Part shown: positions 1-13,900 of the stretch, piece after piece
Numbering within the stretch: position 1 is the stretch's first letter
Layout of the letters: the number at the start of each line of letters is the position of its first letter
NCBI GenBank assembly: GCA_965178125.1
Contig: OZ237736.1
Coordinates: forward strand, 1,426,001 to 1,490,000
Source of the DNA: Bilabrum cf. latius
Taxonomy: Eukaryota
Reading direction: 5' to 3'
Length of the DNA stretch: 64,000 bases
Notes under the pieces: model-generated
Seen by the model: only the letters and a program-made list of their open reading frames with translations
Told to the model about the DNA's origin: nothing
Databases searched by the model: none
Program-made: the position numbers and the translations under genes

Positions 1-3000
1 CTGCTGCCCGTTGCGGATGAAAAACTCGCTCTCGCGCACCACCATGGCGTAGGTTGGCAGCAGCACCGACTGCACGAACTTGACGAGGAGGGTGGGGATG
101 AGGGACAGGAACACAACCATGGGCACGGTGAACCAGAAGGCCGCGCTCCCGAAGACCTTGCTCATGATCCCCTTGGAGCCCTCGGAGTCGAAGTAGTCGA
201 TCAGGTACGCCACGGCAGGCCAGGAGGCAGTGCTGAGGAACGTGAAGCACACAAAGATGATCTCGTGCTGGTAGGTCTCGATGGCGATGCGGATGTTCAC
301 CACGCACACCACGATGCTCATGAGCACGCTACCAAACCCAAAGATGCTGGCAGTGTACCCGTCAGGCTGCGCGGACTCTCCCATGGCTAGCACGCACAGG
401 AAGAAGATCAGCAGCGACTCGTACACAGACTGGAAGAGCCAGCGGACTGCCACGTAGGAGTTGAAGTGCTTGCGGAGGCGCCCAGAGCTGTACAGGGCAG
501 GGAACCGCTGCGCCGAGTCCTGGTCCACGTCCTGGTCCATGGCTCCCACCGCAATGATGGCCACGCCAGTGAACGTCATGTTGTAGGCCTGTGTGGCGAA
601 CTCGGGGAATACCTTCTGTCCGGACCAGCCCGTGTAGATGTTGTACCAGTACTGCACCAGCGTGAAGAGGCTGTTCTTGTAGAAAACAACCAGGATGAGG
701 ATGGCCATCCGCATGTAGTTCCAGCGGCCGTGCACCAGCAGGAGCTTCTGCAGGAAGCGGAACTGGCCGAACGAGTAATCGGAGGCGTTGGCGGCGCTGT
801 TGCCCTCCAGCCCCTCGATGCCCACCCCCACGTGCGCCGCCGAGATCATCTCCACGTCGTTGGCGCCGTCGCCGATGCCAAGGCAGCACGAGTTGGGCAC
901 CTCATACTTGACCAGCTCAAGCACCGTGCGCTTCTGTGAGGGCTAGCAGCGTGCACCGATCACGCTCGTGCACCGCTGCAGCATCTCAAGGAAGGCCGCC
1001 CTGCGGTCCCTCTTGAAGTCGAGGTTCTTGGACATGACGCCGTTCGGGTACTTGGCCGTGTCCGCCTCGATCTCCTCGTAGCCGGGCCAGTCGAGGAAGA
1101 AGCTCATCGAGCCCTCGTCCACGACGAGCGCGAGGGGTCGGGAGTTGCCGCCAGCGTACTTGACGAGCAGCATCACCAGATCAAAGGCAAGCACCCACTC
1201 CACCACGTCGCGCTTGTCCTGCGCGGCCTTCTCCTTGTTCTTCTCCGTCTTGGCAGCGCGGACCCTCAGGTCCACCTCCTTGATCTCGCGATAGAGACCC
1301 TTCACCACGGACTGCGCCGCGTTCAGGACAGACTGGCTGACTCTGCCGTCCTCGCCCCGCGTGGGCACGAGGAAGTCCCTGAGCTTGGTCAGCTGCGTCT
1401 CGCGCACCTTGCCATACGGGAGCGGGGAGCGGCCGAGCCCCATCGCTGGGTTGCTCATCGGGCTGACGGCCGCGCTGTCCCGCCGCACCGAGTCGAGCTC
1501 AGCGAGGGGGTTGGGCGACCGGTGGTTCCCGGGCGTGACTCCTCCTTCCTCCAGGTCCGCGTCGGGGGACTGCGACGTGGCCTTATCGTCGGCCGCCACC
1601 TTGCGCGAGAGGGCCGAGTGAGGCGAAGGCGCGTCCCCACCGGATGCAGCCGCAGCCGCGCCCCCCACACCCCGAGCGGAGCGCATCTTCGGCCCCCCGC
1701 CGAAGCTGGAGCTGCGGCTGGAGCGGCGCAGCGGGTTGGCATCTGCGTCCACGAAGGCCTGCCCCTTGCTGAGGGCCTTGTCCACCTCGCGCAGCAGCGC
1801 GCGCTCGAACCGCAGCGGGTCCCGGTTGCCCGCCTCGTCATCGTCGTCGCCAAAGAGCTTGCCGTAGCGCCACTCCCAAGTTAGCTTCTGCATCTCAGTC
1901 TCGCTCGTGAGCATCTGCACGCCGTATCCGATGTTGATGGCCGTGCCCTCCTTGTCTCCCGTGAGCATAAACACGCTGATGCCCGCGTCCGAGAGCCTGG
2001 AGATCGTGTTGGGCACGTCCTCCTGCAGGGTGTCTTCGTAGCCGACGGCTCCCGCGTACACGAGGTCCCTCTCGATCTTGTTGATGGCGTGGTTGATGAT
2101 GTTCTTCTTGGCCTTTTTCGCAGCCGATTCGTCGTTCGTGCGCTCCAGCATCTCCTTGAACACGCGATCCGCCTCCTTGCTCGCCGCGTCCCTCTCCTCG
2201 AACCACTGAGCGAACTCGTCGTAGCTCATGCGGCGGTATCCGAACACGAGGGTACGCAGGCCGTCCACGGCGAACTGCTTGCAGTGGTCCGCGGTCCTAT
2301 CGCGCATCGCGCGCTGCCTCTCGTGGAAGGACCTCTGGCGGTCGTCCATCCCGCGCAGAGCCTGGTCGCTGGGCAGCTGGTACAGCTTGGCCAGCACCTT
2401 CTGGTCGCTGCCCTTGGCGTAGATGGTCACGCGGTCCGGGGCGTCCTCGTCCTTGTCCGGGTCCATCATGACAATGCTCATCATGGCGCGGGCGCTCGAG
2501 TACGGGTTCAAAGAGGCGATCAGGCGGCGGATGTACACCTTCTGTCCGGTCTTGGGGTCGACCTTCTCGACCTCTACGGTGGGAAGCTTGGTGTCCTTGT
2601 CGTACGACCGCACCATGAGCTTGTAGCCGAGCTCCTTGGCGGCGTAGCAGAAGCAGATCTCGTCGCTGGAGTCGCCGGCCAGCGCGTAATCGCCGCTCTT
2701 GGCGTCTGGCTCTAGGTCCACCGTGGAGCAGAGGATGAAGGAGAGGATGAATTCCTCCAGGTCCTGGATGTGCTCGTTGGTCATGTCCCGGCCCTGGGCG
2801 TCCATCGTCCGCACCTGGGCCGTGCGCACCGCCTGCAGCTTGCGGCGCTCCCCGTCGTCCTCCACGAAGTTCACGTGGGGGGTCTTGTTGGACCTCTTCA
2901 TGTTCTCGATGCCGCGCTTGAGGATGATCTCCTTCTGCTTGACGTTCTGGCGGTCCGCCTCCGTGCGAGCCTGGCCCCTGGCGCTGATCACCGCGATCTC

Positions 3001-4837
3001 CGTGGTGCCCACGCCGTACTGGAAGCCCCCCACGGTCATCTTCCGGAACTCGAACGAGTTGGCCGTGAGCGTGCCCGTCTTGTCGCTAAAGATGTGCGTG
3101 ACCTGTCCCAGCTGGTCGTTGAGCGTCGAGTTTCTCACCCTGGGCAGGATGTTGCGGTTGCGCTCCCCCGGGGTGGAGTAGTACATGTCGTCGTCCTGCT
3201 CCATGAAGAGCTTCTGCGCGATGCGAGCCATCTCCATGGACACGTACAGCGAGATGGGGATGAAGCCCGAGGTCACCTGCACGAACGTGAAGAAGGTGAT
3301 CACGGCGTCCAGCGGCTGCACGTCCTCGAGGCCGAGGTACAGGTGCGTGTCCGAGTTGGCCGAAGCAAAAACGTAGAACATGATGGCTCCAAGGAGGCAG
3401 AGCACCAGCTGCGTGATGAACATGATGGCCACAAAGGTGTTCATCTGCTGCGAGAGGAAGATCTGCTTGGCCGCTGTCTTCTTGCTCTGCTGCTTGATGA
3501 ACGTGTCGGGGCCCGTGTAGATCGCCAGTCCGATGATGTGCGAGCACGCCCTCAGCTTGCACTCCCGCAGCAGTACCTGCGCGTTGCCCTTTGTGCTCGC
3601 CTTGATGTCGAAGCCCTCGGGTGGCACCGACACGTCAATGTTCGTGGGAGTGGCCCCGTTCGGGGGCTGGTAGGTGGCGCTCGTGAGCTTCCCGCTGAAC
3701 TTGTCCAGGTCCTTCATGTTGGGCTGCAGCTCGCACCCGATGGACAGGCCGCTGACCCTCCGCTCCTCCTGCACCAGCTGGGCGATGTCAGGGGACACCG
3801 CGTTGAACTTCTTGAGGTTGGACTCCCCGTCGAGGGAGGCCGTGTCCACGGAGCACGACGTCATCTTGGCGAGCTTGGCGGCCTCAGTGAGCTCCTCGCC
3901 CTCCTGGCTCTGGAAGGCTGCGGGGGGTTGGGAGAATCGGGGCGAGGTAACTGATGCGTTCAATGGCAGTGTAGGCGGCGGGTACGTGGTGCCATGTCAG
4001 CAGCATCCCCTCGGATTGGAACTATGGCTACCAAAGCAAAGCCCGATGCGGCGCTTCACTGGAAACACTTCACTCACCGACTCCGAGCAGCACCATATCA
4101 CAAGGGAAGAACTCCTCGTTGTACACCTTGATGATGTCGCCAGGCCGCACCTCCTCCCAGCGCACCTTTTTGGCGGCGCCGTCGCGGAACACTGTGGTCT
4201 GCTGGCCATTCGTCGTAGACTGCTCGACTCGCCTCAAGTACTCTTCGTAAAATTCGCGACTGCGACCGATGGTGAGGTGAAGGCATTACGAGAATATAAT
4301 ACAGAAAAGCATCATTCGTCTCGGATCGCTGACGGCTCTGGCAAAACCGAAAAGGCTGTCGCTTCACTCACGCCAGTGAGACTAGATAGACGAACGTCAG
4401 CGGGAAGTATGTCACAGGGACTTGTTGAGTCGTCGAAATCTCCCGGATCATCTGGAGCAAGCCAATTATGACGAAATAGAAGTTCGCTGCCTGCGACATG
4501 AAGGGTGCATGCATGGGGGACCACATGAGCGCTTATGCAGTCCTTAGGCAGAAAAAGTTTAAATGTGTGTCTGCAAGTCGTGTCTCGTCAGTTAAGCTCA
4601 TATCCATCCTGTTTGTAGTCTTCTTGCAAGCATTCTCGAATCGGGTAGCCGGGACGCAATGGCACTCACCTGAACAAAGAAGTCCAAGAAAGTGAACACA
4701 ACAAACAGATCGATGTAGGTCCAGTACTTGGCAACCTTGATCCAGTTTGTTCTGTCCCCTTTGTCATTTGTAGGGCCCTAAAATCCTACTTTTCGCTGGG
4801 TCTCTTCCTGCACATCGCCGCCGCAACACCACGACAT
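1..4837 (-). CDS. P4-type ATPase (phospholipid flippase); 3' end runs off the window
   Basis: Motifs NWIKVAKY, ANFYF, LDGESNLK, FIPISLYV, DKTGTLT, MLTGDK, ARC[Q]PSQK, GDGAND, LVHGRWNY. GT-AG introns at 4491-4669, 4260-4371 and 3918-4077 join in frame. In-frame TAG at 4778-4780 and 943-945; GDGAND and the C-terminal TM segments lie downstream of the second TAG. Start ATG 4837 (MSWCCGG) is a best guess. Confidence 0.93.
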
Positions 4838-5201
4838 GTCCTGCGCTTTCGTGCCGGTGCTAACGTCCCCGTCGAGTGGACTTGTCGGGGTAGGCGCAAC
4901 TCTTGCACCCGCGATGGCTTCCTAGCGGCCAAGAGGCCTCGATTTTAAGTCTTCTCGGGGAAACGGCCTTTCGGTTTCGTCATAAAAGTGCACGCAACCC
5001 AAAAACAGGGATTGCTGGTGTGCCGATGCAATCAGCCATTCTTGCACGTAAAGGAGATTTCTAAGTTCCAGGTTGCCACCAGCTCGCATGTGATGCTTTG
5101 CTCCCTCTACGACGTTTGTTGAATGGTCAGGAGAAAAGGGCAAGATCCGCGGTGCATCTCGAACCCCTTGCATCAAGCAAGCACGCTGCATGCGCCAGCA
5201 C

Positions 5202-7941
5202 TCACCTCCTCCCGCCACCGCCACCCCTCCTGTCTCTTCTCCTTCGATCGCGACCCTTCCTCCGCCTATCCCGCCGACGGCCACCGCCACCGCCACCGCC
5301 ACCGCCACCGCCACCGCCACCGCCACTAGATCCCCTTGCGCCGGGGCCGGCACCACGCCCAGGCCATACCGAACGTTCCCTGGATCCGGAGCGGGATCTG
5401 GACGGACCACGACGGCCGTTGCCCGCCGGTGAACGAGACCGCGAGCGTGACCTCGACCGCCGCCAGTCCACGGCCCCACCCCCCATCGCCAAGGGGCCTC
5501 CAGCCCCCCCTCGTCCATACCCGGAGCCAGAAAGTGTGCGCTGCTCTCCCCAGCGATCACGAGGGGGCGGGCCGCCGCGGCGATACGCGTCATCCTCTGC
5601 TCGACCAGCCGAGGCGTAACCCCTGCCGCGGAAGTCGCCTCGGGGTGGGCTGCGGCTGCGGCCACGGAAGCCGCCTCGGGGTGGGCTGCGGCTGCGGCCG
5701 CGGAAGCCGCCACGGGGTGGGCTGCGGCTGCGGCCACGGAAGTCGCCTCGGGGTGGGCTACGGCTGCGGCCACGGAAGTCGCCTCGGGGTGGGCTACGGC
5801 TGCGGCCACGGAAGTCGCCTCGGGGTGGGCTGCGGCTGCGGCCACGGAAGTCGCCTCGGGGTGGGCTACGGCTGCGGCCACGGAAGTCGCCTCGGGGTGG
5901 GCTGCGGCTGTGGCCACTCCCTATCCCTCTTGCTCCCCTCTATGGAGCCCCCTGGCGGTCTCTTGGGCTTGCTGGCCTCACAGGCCCGCGCCCATCCCCG
6001 TGCCTGTCGGGTCCCGGCCGGCTCCCAGCACCATCACCACCCACAGCACCACCCTCGCTGCTGCCTAGTGGCCCACGGTTCACGCGCCCCCTCCCCCTCC
6101 CGCTCCCGTCGTCCCTCTGTGGGAGGCCACTCGATGCAGCCTGCCCAGGGGTCGGGCCTCCCCTGCCAGTTCCCTCTCTCCGGCCCCCGGCCCGCCAGTC
6201 CCCTGCGGGAAGGCCCCTTTTGTCACCATCAGGTTCCCGGGCCTGTCGGGACGCAGGTGCAGTCGCGATCTCAACGCGCAGTCCGCTCCCCCCTCCGGGC
6301 CCACGCCCGGTCCCTGCTGGTGGCGGTGCCCCAGCTCTGGGCCCTCCCGAGCCATAGGTCTAGCTCTGGTGCGGGTTCTGCCTCTCCCTCCCAAGCGCGG
6401 ACACTGGCTATCTCTCTGCTGAAGCCGGGCCACGGGCAGCATGACCTGCACTGCCATAGCCAGAGCTGCTGCTGCCACGAGCGCCGGGCCGAGGCGCAGG
6501 CTCAGGTCCTGAACCAGACCTCTCTCCTTTCTGCGCCGACGGGGCCGGTGCACTGGCTCGGCCGGCGGCTGCAGCAGCAGTAGATGCAGTCACGGTGGAG
6601 GCAGACGCACCGGTGGCTCCTCCCATCTGCTGCTGCTGCTGCTGCTGCTGCTGCCCCTTTGCAGCCACGGCTGCCTTCCGCCTCTACCTGGAGGAGTACT
6701 CGTGAAAGTCGAGCCTTGCGTCCAACAGGGCGCTGAGGGGCCGCAGTCCCGCCGTGGGGCGGTCGGGGTCAACGACAGGGGGGCTCCTGGTGAAATATGG
6801 GTCCTTCAGCGCATCTGCCGCAGTTGGCCGCCGGGTCGGGTCGGAGTCGAGCAGCCTTGCAGTGAACTTTCTGAGGTCTGGGGGAAGACCCAGGCGCTGC
6901 AGGTGGTGGACCAGCTGAGGCGTCTGGTTGGTAGGCACGACGCCCGCATCCTTCGCGCTTCTAAAGTCGGGGAGGTTGGCTAGGAAGGAGCCGGGGGCGG
7001 GTGTGCCGAGCACCTTGAGCATGTTGCGGAGCTGGTCCGCCTCGTTGGCGGCCTGAAAGAGGGGCCGCTTGATCCACAGCTCGGCGGCGATGCAGCCCAC
7101 GCTCCACATGTCCACGGCGGCGCCATACTGCTTCTGGCCCAGCAACAGCTCGGGAGGCCTGTACCACAGAGTAATCACCTTTGTCGTCATGGCACCCCGT
7201 GCCGAGGAGGACGGGGGCTCCACGCCGCGCGCCAGGCCAAAGTCTGCTAGCTTCAATGTGTGGTCTGTGTGCAGCAGGATGTTGCTGCACTTGATGTCCC
7301 TGCGGTGCGAAACGAGTGTGGAGTTGGCACACGATGGCAGCTGTGTGGCGGACACGTGCTTGCGGGCGCATGGCCGGCAGATTGGCGTCGATTCGTACCG
7401 ATAAGCGCATCAATGCGCAAGTAAGCTGTGGCAAGACTCACCGGTGCACCACATCGTTCGAGTGGAGGGCCTCGAGGGCTCCGAGCAGCTGGAACAGATA
7501 GCTCTTCACCATGCCAGCGTCAATACGGGCCCCACTGTGGAGAATGCCGTACAGGTCGTATGGACAATACTCAAACACCATGTATGCCGTGCCTGCTCTG
7601 TCTTCGGAGTCTAATGCCTAGTCTTCGTCTGTTGCAGTGACCACCTCGACGAGCTGTACAATATTGCGACCCTGCAGCACCGGATTATTCAAAATGGCAA
7701 CCTCCCTCAGGGCAGTACGAGGAAAACCTTCCGCTTTACGTTCATCCCGAACCATTATTTTCTTGATTGCAACGGGGCGGCCTGTCTCTCTGCACGTCGC
7801 TCGATACACCTTGCCGTATGTCCCTTCGCCGACCTGTTCTATCCGTTCATACGAACGAATCGATCTTGTTCCAAAGGCAAGCTCGCTAAGCGAACGAGAC
7901 ATGCCGACATCGGAGGGAGCAGGCTCCCCTTGTAGAGCCAT
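5202..7941 (-). CDS. CDK9/CDK12/CDKC-like cyclin-dependent kinase with long Gly/Arg/Ser-rich C-terminal tail (~865 aa)
   Basis: GEGTYGKV, VAIKK, GFPRTALRE, HR|DIKCSN (intron 7300-7441), LADFGLAR, VITLWYRPPELLLG. In-frame TAG at 7618, 6684, 6408, 6360 and 5940; the frame continues into RS repeats and ends at TGA 5202-5204. Confidence 0.88.
5626..5915 (-). repeat. 36-bp coding tandem repeat x8 encoding RSRSPPRGDFRG
   Basis: The ggaag anchor recurs every 36 nt from 5630 to 5882, in frame within the CDK tail. Confidence 0.92.
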
Positions 7942-8217
7942 GATGAAAAATTTGCTGGAGCCGCGCACGTGTTGCAGTCGCCTCCAGATTGCTCAACTCC
8001 AATCGAGTCTTGTCAATGGTATATCCAACAATATGAAATGCTTGTATTTTGCAGGAACGCCTCGCAGAAACGCTCGACTGCCCGGATAGCGTCCACTCGA
8101 AGAGAACTTGAAGTGTGATGATGAGAGCTTATACTAGTAGTAGCTTCAATTGGTACTCTGGTGGTCCCATCGTACCGATCGACAGCTTGATAATATGAAT
8201 TGAATTTGAAGCAGAGA

Positions 8218-10857
8218 ATGGCTGGTGCGCCATGCGTCGTTATTCTCGATATTGGCTCATCATCTATCAGGTCCACACTAGTAGCTCCAGGCATGGATTT
8301 GCCAATTGGCTTTGCCCAAGTCCCATTCAACCTGCACGATGAGTTGCAAGTCAATAATATTGGAATCTTGTCCCGTGCTTTGTCTACGGTAGAGAGAGCG
8401 TTGATTGAGGCCGTGGAAAGCGCCGTTGTTGCCAAAAAGCGATTTCACGTTGCAGCTATCGGGTGTTCAAGCTTCGTGGGAAATTGGGCACTGTGTCAAG
8501 AGGGATCAGAACCAGGTCCCTTGCACACGTATGCGGAAACGGGAGAAGCTCTGGTGGAAGCGGCAGACCAGGTCGCCAGAAACTACCGCTCTGCGTGCGA
8601 TCTTTCCCCTCCGGTCAGCACCACTAGCAGCGAGGCGGCCGGTAGCAGCACGGGCTCAGGCACCAAGGCATCAGTTCATGCTCGATACAAAATCCATGCC
8701 GCTACCGGGGCACCTCTGCACCCTGCCTATGCAGCACCCGGTATGCTTCTTCACGCGTCCACAGCCCCACCAAGAGGCCGAGGTGGGTCTGCCGAGGAGC
8801 CCCCGCCTGCCTCTGCGAGTCCACAATCAGACAAAGAACACCTAGTTACTGTCGGTGGGTACGTCATGTCGCGGCTCGGAGGCATGCAGCCGCACGAAGT
8901 CGGGCTCTCGCTCTCGGAGGCCTCTTGGCTCGGCCTGTGGAGGACCCCAAAGGCAGTGGAGGCTGCTGCTGCCCCTGGTCCTCGAGAAAATGGAGCAAGC
9001 GGTGAAAGCGGCAGCATTTCCAATGCGCAGCTGTGGGAGACGAATGTGTTGCGTGCGTCAGGGGCTAGCGAGTCTCTGACTGCCTCACTCAATGCGTCAT
9101 GGACACACGCGATCTCGGTGCCTGGGCCAGAGCCAGCTACAGCTGAAGCACCATGTGTTGCAGTACGCGAAGAGGTTATTGATCAGGGCACAACAACACA
9201 ACCTGCCGGCAAACGGACCCACCGGGCAGCCCGACTAGCCAATGACGGAATCCTCAGTGCTCTGCGCAGGGCAGGTGCCCTGTGCTTGTGCAGGCAGGTG
9301 TGCCCTGCCGGCGAGGAACGTGACGTGGAGGTGCCTCCTGTCCTGTTTCGGTGTGTGGGAGATGGGGCGGCGGCTGCCATCGGCAGCGGGTGTCTTGGCG
9401 GCGACCGCATCAGCGTCACGATCGGCACCTCTGCAGCTGCTCGCACGCTCATCCAGGTCGCGCCAGATGGCGTCGTGCCATCGAACCTGACACCAAACGC
9501 CGCTGTCGGCTCCGGATCAGGAGCCTCTGCGTTGCGTTTGGAAAGTGTACAGCACGGCGAAGTCGCGGAAACGGGACCGGGCGATGAACCGCTTGCAAGC
9601 TCGCTCGGTTGCATGCTTGCGAGTGCCGGGCTGTGGATGTACCAGGTCACAAAAGACCGCTTTCTCGTTGGCGGCGCGCTGACTGACGGTGGATCCGTTG
9701 TCGATTGGGTGCAGCAGAAGTGGGGGGGCGGGTTGGAGGAAGGAGACGGAGAAGGAAGCCATGGCAAGCGTGCTGCTGCTGCTGCTGCTGCTGCAGGCAC
9801 ACGCAGTCAGGTGAGTGGTCCCAAGGCGAGTGCGGGCACAGCGGGAGCTGCTGCGCAAGAGGCGGACAGCCCTCGGAGCCAACCTTGCGTCGCTGCGCGG
9901 GTGTTGCCTCCTGCCTCTCCTGTGGGCTGTCTCCCCTTCTTGCATGGCGAACGGTCCACAGGCTGGCGGGCCAATGCAACTCTGTGCCTGGATGGAATGA
10001 ACGGTGGCACCGGAGCCGGTGATGTCGCGCTCGGTGCGGCCCAGGCGGTGTGTTTTCGGCTCAGGGAAATCACGGATGCCCTGTCGAAGATTTTGTCTCG
10101 TATTCCATAGGTAGAAGGCTCGTCAAATGGGCGGCAAGGTACTCGAGCCATCGGCTCCGGCGGCTGTCTTGAGCACAGTGCCTTGCGCTGGATTCAGGAT
10201 GCAGGTACCTTCAGAGGATTTGTCGAATCGAGCGGCGTGCCCTATGCACGATCGCTGAAGCAGGTCCGCAGCCTGTGGGCCCCACTGCTGTGCATGTCCC
10301 TTGACATGCCGCTGGTGATCCCTGGAGCCTCAGCCAAGGGCGAGCACAAGTCTGGGACAAGTGCTCGCAGCGGCAGTGCCGGGCCCTCCGTCGGAACTGC
10401 AGCGAGTGGCATGCCAGTGCCAGTGCCAGTGGCTGTGGAGACGACCACGCGTGGAGTGGCAGCGCTCATATTCGGGGAGCTCGTTGCGGCGGGCGTTCTG
10501 CGAGTGCCTGGTCCTGGCAGTGCAGAGACGGGCATGGAGAGTGGAGAGAGGGTCGGCCTGGACTGTTGCCGGCTGGCCAGTTGGTCGGGAGAAACTGCTG
10601 CTGTTGAGTAGGAGATGGCGGGAGACGGAGGCGGAGATGGGCGCGGGGGAAGGAAGGACCCGTTCCTGGCTGGGTGCGAGCTTGCCAAGGTGCCTGGGGT
10701 CGGGAGCGGGGCAGATCTCGCTGGCGTGCGGATCGTTCCTCGCGCCGGCGTGCCAAGCTAGATGGAACTGGAAATCGCGGGGTCGTATGGGACAGCGCGG
10801 TCCAAGCACAGGGCGCTGTACAAGAGAATGGTGGCTGCGACAGATGAAGCGTTCTGA
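8218..10857 (+). CDS. FGGY-family carbohydrate kinase (gluconokinase/xylulokinase-like) with low-complexity insertions (~879 aa)
   Basis: VILDIGSSSIR, GDGAAAAIGSG, VTIGTSAAAR, GGALTDGG, LPFLHGERSTGW. In-frame TAG at 10108, 10609 and 10759; the GSGG and ETTTRGVAAL C-lobe motifs follow the first TAG. Ends at TGA. Confidence 0.85.
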
Positions 10858-10967
10858 CTCGTATCATCGCGTGACCCGACGCAACGACCGTGCGACCAAC
10901 TGTCGTCAGTCACTATGAATGTGACGACCAAAAACAGCACGCGCTGCAGCGCGTCACATTTTTCGGT

Positions 10968-13900
10968 ATGCTGCTCCACGCAGCGTTATCTGCGAGCCTC
11001 GCAATGACAGCTACTGCATTCTATGCACAATACGAACCACCCCCGATCCATGGGATGGTAAGGATGGACACCTGGGAGCCATCCACGCGAAATGCGCCGC
11101 GTGAGTTCTGAGATTCTACATGCTCCTTGATCTCGCATTGAAGCAACCTAGTCGCATAGATAAGTTGAATACCAGATAAGTATCGACAGTGCTGCCGATT
11201 CTTTGCATATGGTTGGAAGATCTTGCCCTACATTTCATGGTTGGCCGTCTCCCATGATTCTGCACCTTGCACGCGCCTGTGCTTCTACCGCAGCAATGCC
11301 GTATCGATTGGAAAGCTGGGCATAGCACAATGGCTTTGTTTATATGTCAACTAATCGTGATACTGACAACACCTGGTGGAACTTCGGTGTTTGGCGCCTG
11401 GAGCAGGACAGCGTCGGGGAGCGTTGGTGAGTGGGTGTTTCTGGTCCTGTTCGATCGCTAGTTCCACACGGGAAGGGTTTTTCGGCATGAAATCAGTTTC
11501 GCTACATGCACTCTCATTCACTTGTCGATACTGTTGCTGATTGATCTTCTCTTATCTTCTTTCGGCACTGTACTTCCGCCTGACGCAGGCGCCATGTTGC
11601 CCGGCGCGCCGGTCGGTCGAGCGACAAGCTGGTCTCTTGCGAAGAGCACGGGCTGTATTCTATTAACTCTCAGGTCCTATACCGTCTGAACATGACTGGG
11701 TTCGAGCAACCAGCGAATTACACGCGCGAGGGGGCGGGCGAGCTCCCAGCGGAAGAAGCGCAGAGACGAGCAAGTTGGATCGAGATCCCGACGCCCGGCT
11801 TCAAGCTGTCAGGTGCTGGCAGGTACTACGACCCCGTGCAAGGCCGTATGCTTGCAGCATACGACGAAGTGTACGAGTCAGACAGCTGGGTGGACGCGCA
11901 CGGGCTCGCGCAGCTGAACATGAGCACGATGGAGTGGACGCTGCTGCCTAGGACGGGCCTCACCGACTCTGACATCCGTACAATCGCTGCCCTGAGCGAT
12001 GGGACCATTGCCGTGGGTCAGTCCGTCTTCCAGCTTCCATGCCCCGCCTCCGGCACAACCAACGGCGCCCTGTTCAGGCTCTCGCCGGGGGGCGACAGCT
12101 GGGAGGACATCTCGAGAGACAGGTATTGCAACTCGCGCTGCTTTGCTCAGGGTGAAGAGACGCAGTGCAGCCAGCTCGACCGCTACTATGGCAACGTCGC
12201 GGTGCGCGCTCCCGACCGCGACAGGCTGTACCTGGAGAGCAATGAGCTCTTCAGCTGGAGCGAGGCCGAGGACGACTGGGTCTCGGAAACAGGAGACTCC
12301 ATCCCGTACGGGTCAAGTTCGTACGTGGGAGACTCGTTCTTCATGGTCATCGGGGGCAGGATGCTCCGGCAGGACAGCGCATCGCTGACGGTGTACTCCC
12401 ATGCGAGCAACTACAGCGCCTTCCAGAACCCGGGGGCCTCCTCGTGGTACCGCTGCAAGCACCTAGACAACATCTTCACGCCGGATGGGGGCAGGACCTT
12501 TTACGCCGAAGTGAGGACGGGGTACGCCGACGGAGATGTGGAGGGGCTGTGCGACTGGGGCCAGAGGAGGGTCTGGAGGGGCATCCACCGGCTCGTGATC
12601 GACCCATGCCGCGCAGAGCGCACTAACGATTTGTCCGTTGAGTTCGGGACGTACCTCGGCTCGTCCGAAACAGAAGACGCCAACGTGGCAGGCGTGCAGG
12701 TGGTGCCGGCCACCGCCGACTCTGTACCCGCCCAGAGCACTCCAGGGCAGGTGACGGCATCCCCGGAGCAAGACGGGCAGCACGTGCTCGTGGCCGGGAA
12801 CTGGGGCAACATACCCTCCATCGGCCACTCGTCACACTGGCCCCTGGAGGCGAGCGGCTACGGTATCCAGAACGAGACCTCGGCTCGGCTGGTGGGCCCC
12901 GTGGCTCAGGTGGCGCGCATGTCGCCAGAAGGTAGGCTGTACTACGTGTCCAGGTTCGGCAACACCACCATGACAGATTTTGAAGCCAGCACAGCCGGCC
13001 ACGGCGCCCCCGTGGGCGGGTCGGGATCCACATCTCAGGGCACTCCGGCGGAGTGGAGGCGCCTCGTGTACGCTGCCCTGGAGGGGAAAGGCGTCGTAGC
13101 AATCAGCCCGAACGGCACACATGTGGCCTGGCGCACGTGCAGCTACGACAACGAGCACGCGGCCTCGAGCGCCGGCAACGCTGAGCCCTCATCTAGCGCT
13201 TCATCGCAGGCGTGCTGCCCCTCGGGCCTGCCCTGCAGGGTGTCCGTCTCAGAGGACGGGAGACTAGTCTCTGTGCTCTCCGGCAAGCAGGCTCGCGTGT
13301 TCGATGCCGCCTCGGGCGCAGAAATCGCGCGCACGTCGCCCGCTCTCCTCTCTGGACAGTCGTACGTGGAGGACGTGGCGGTGTCTGGCGACGATGAGAA
13401 GCTGTACGTGGCCGGATTCAACAACCGGTTCAACGGGGGCATCCCCGTGCAGATCGCATTCATCTTCGCGTACGACCTGACCGCTGCCGTGCAGGCGCAC
13501 GCGAGCTCTGGCCAGCTGCCCGTGCTGTTGACAGAGCGAGTATGGACGTCTTTCAACTTCCATGAGGACAACGTGACGCTGGACATGGCCGACACCCGCA
13601 TGTACAGGCTCGCCGTGGGTCCCGACGGGCAGCTTTACGCTGCCGGCGAGACGGCTGGGGGCAACACCATCTTCCGGTATGATGGCAAGGCGACGGAGAC
13701 GCAGGCGGTGGAGCGCGGTGTTTTGCTGAGGAGGAGGCTCATTCAGACGGACCAGTGCAACACTCCGTTCCTCATGACTGATGCCCACGTCGCGTACGCA
13801 GCACGGCTGGATCCCTCGACAGGTGAGGTGCAGGCTGCCCAGATGATGATTCCCCGCCTGACTGGGTCCGTCCCCAAGTCCAACACGTACAGAGTGCGCT

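Noticed and set aside
4922-6583. ORFs 4922-5917 (-) and 5336-6583 (+) as separate genes, or a fusion to the flippase
   Set aside because: They are alternative frames of the CDK RS-repeat tail; the in-frame link to the flippase start is probably coincidental, although a longer flippase N-terminus is not excluded.
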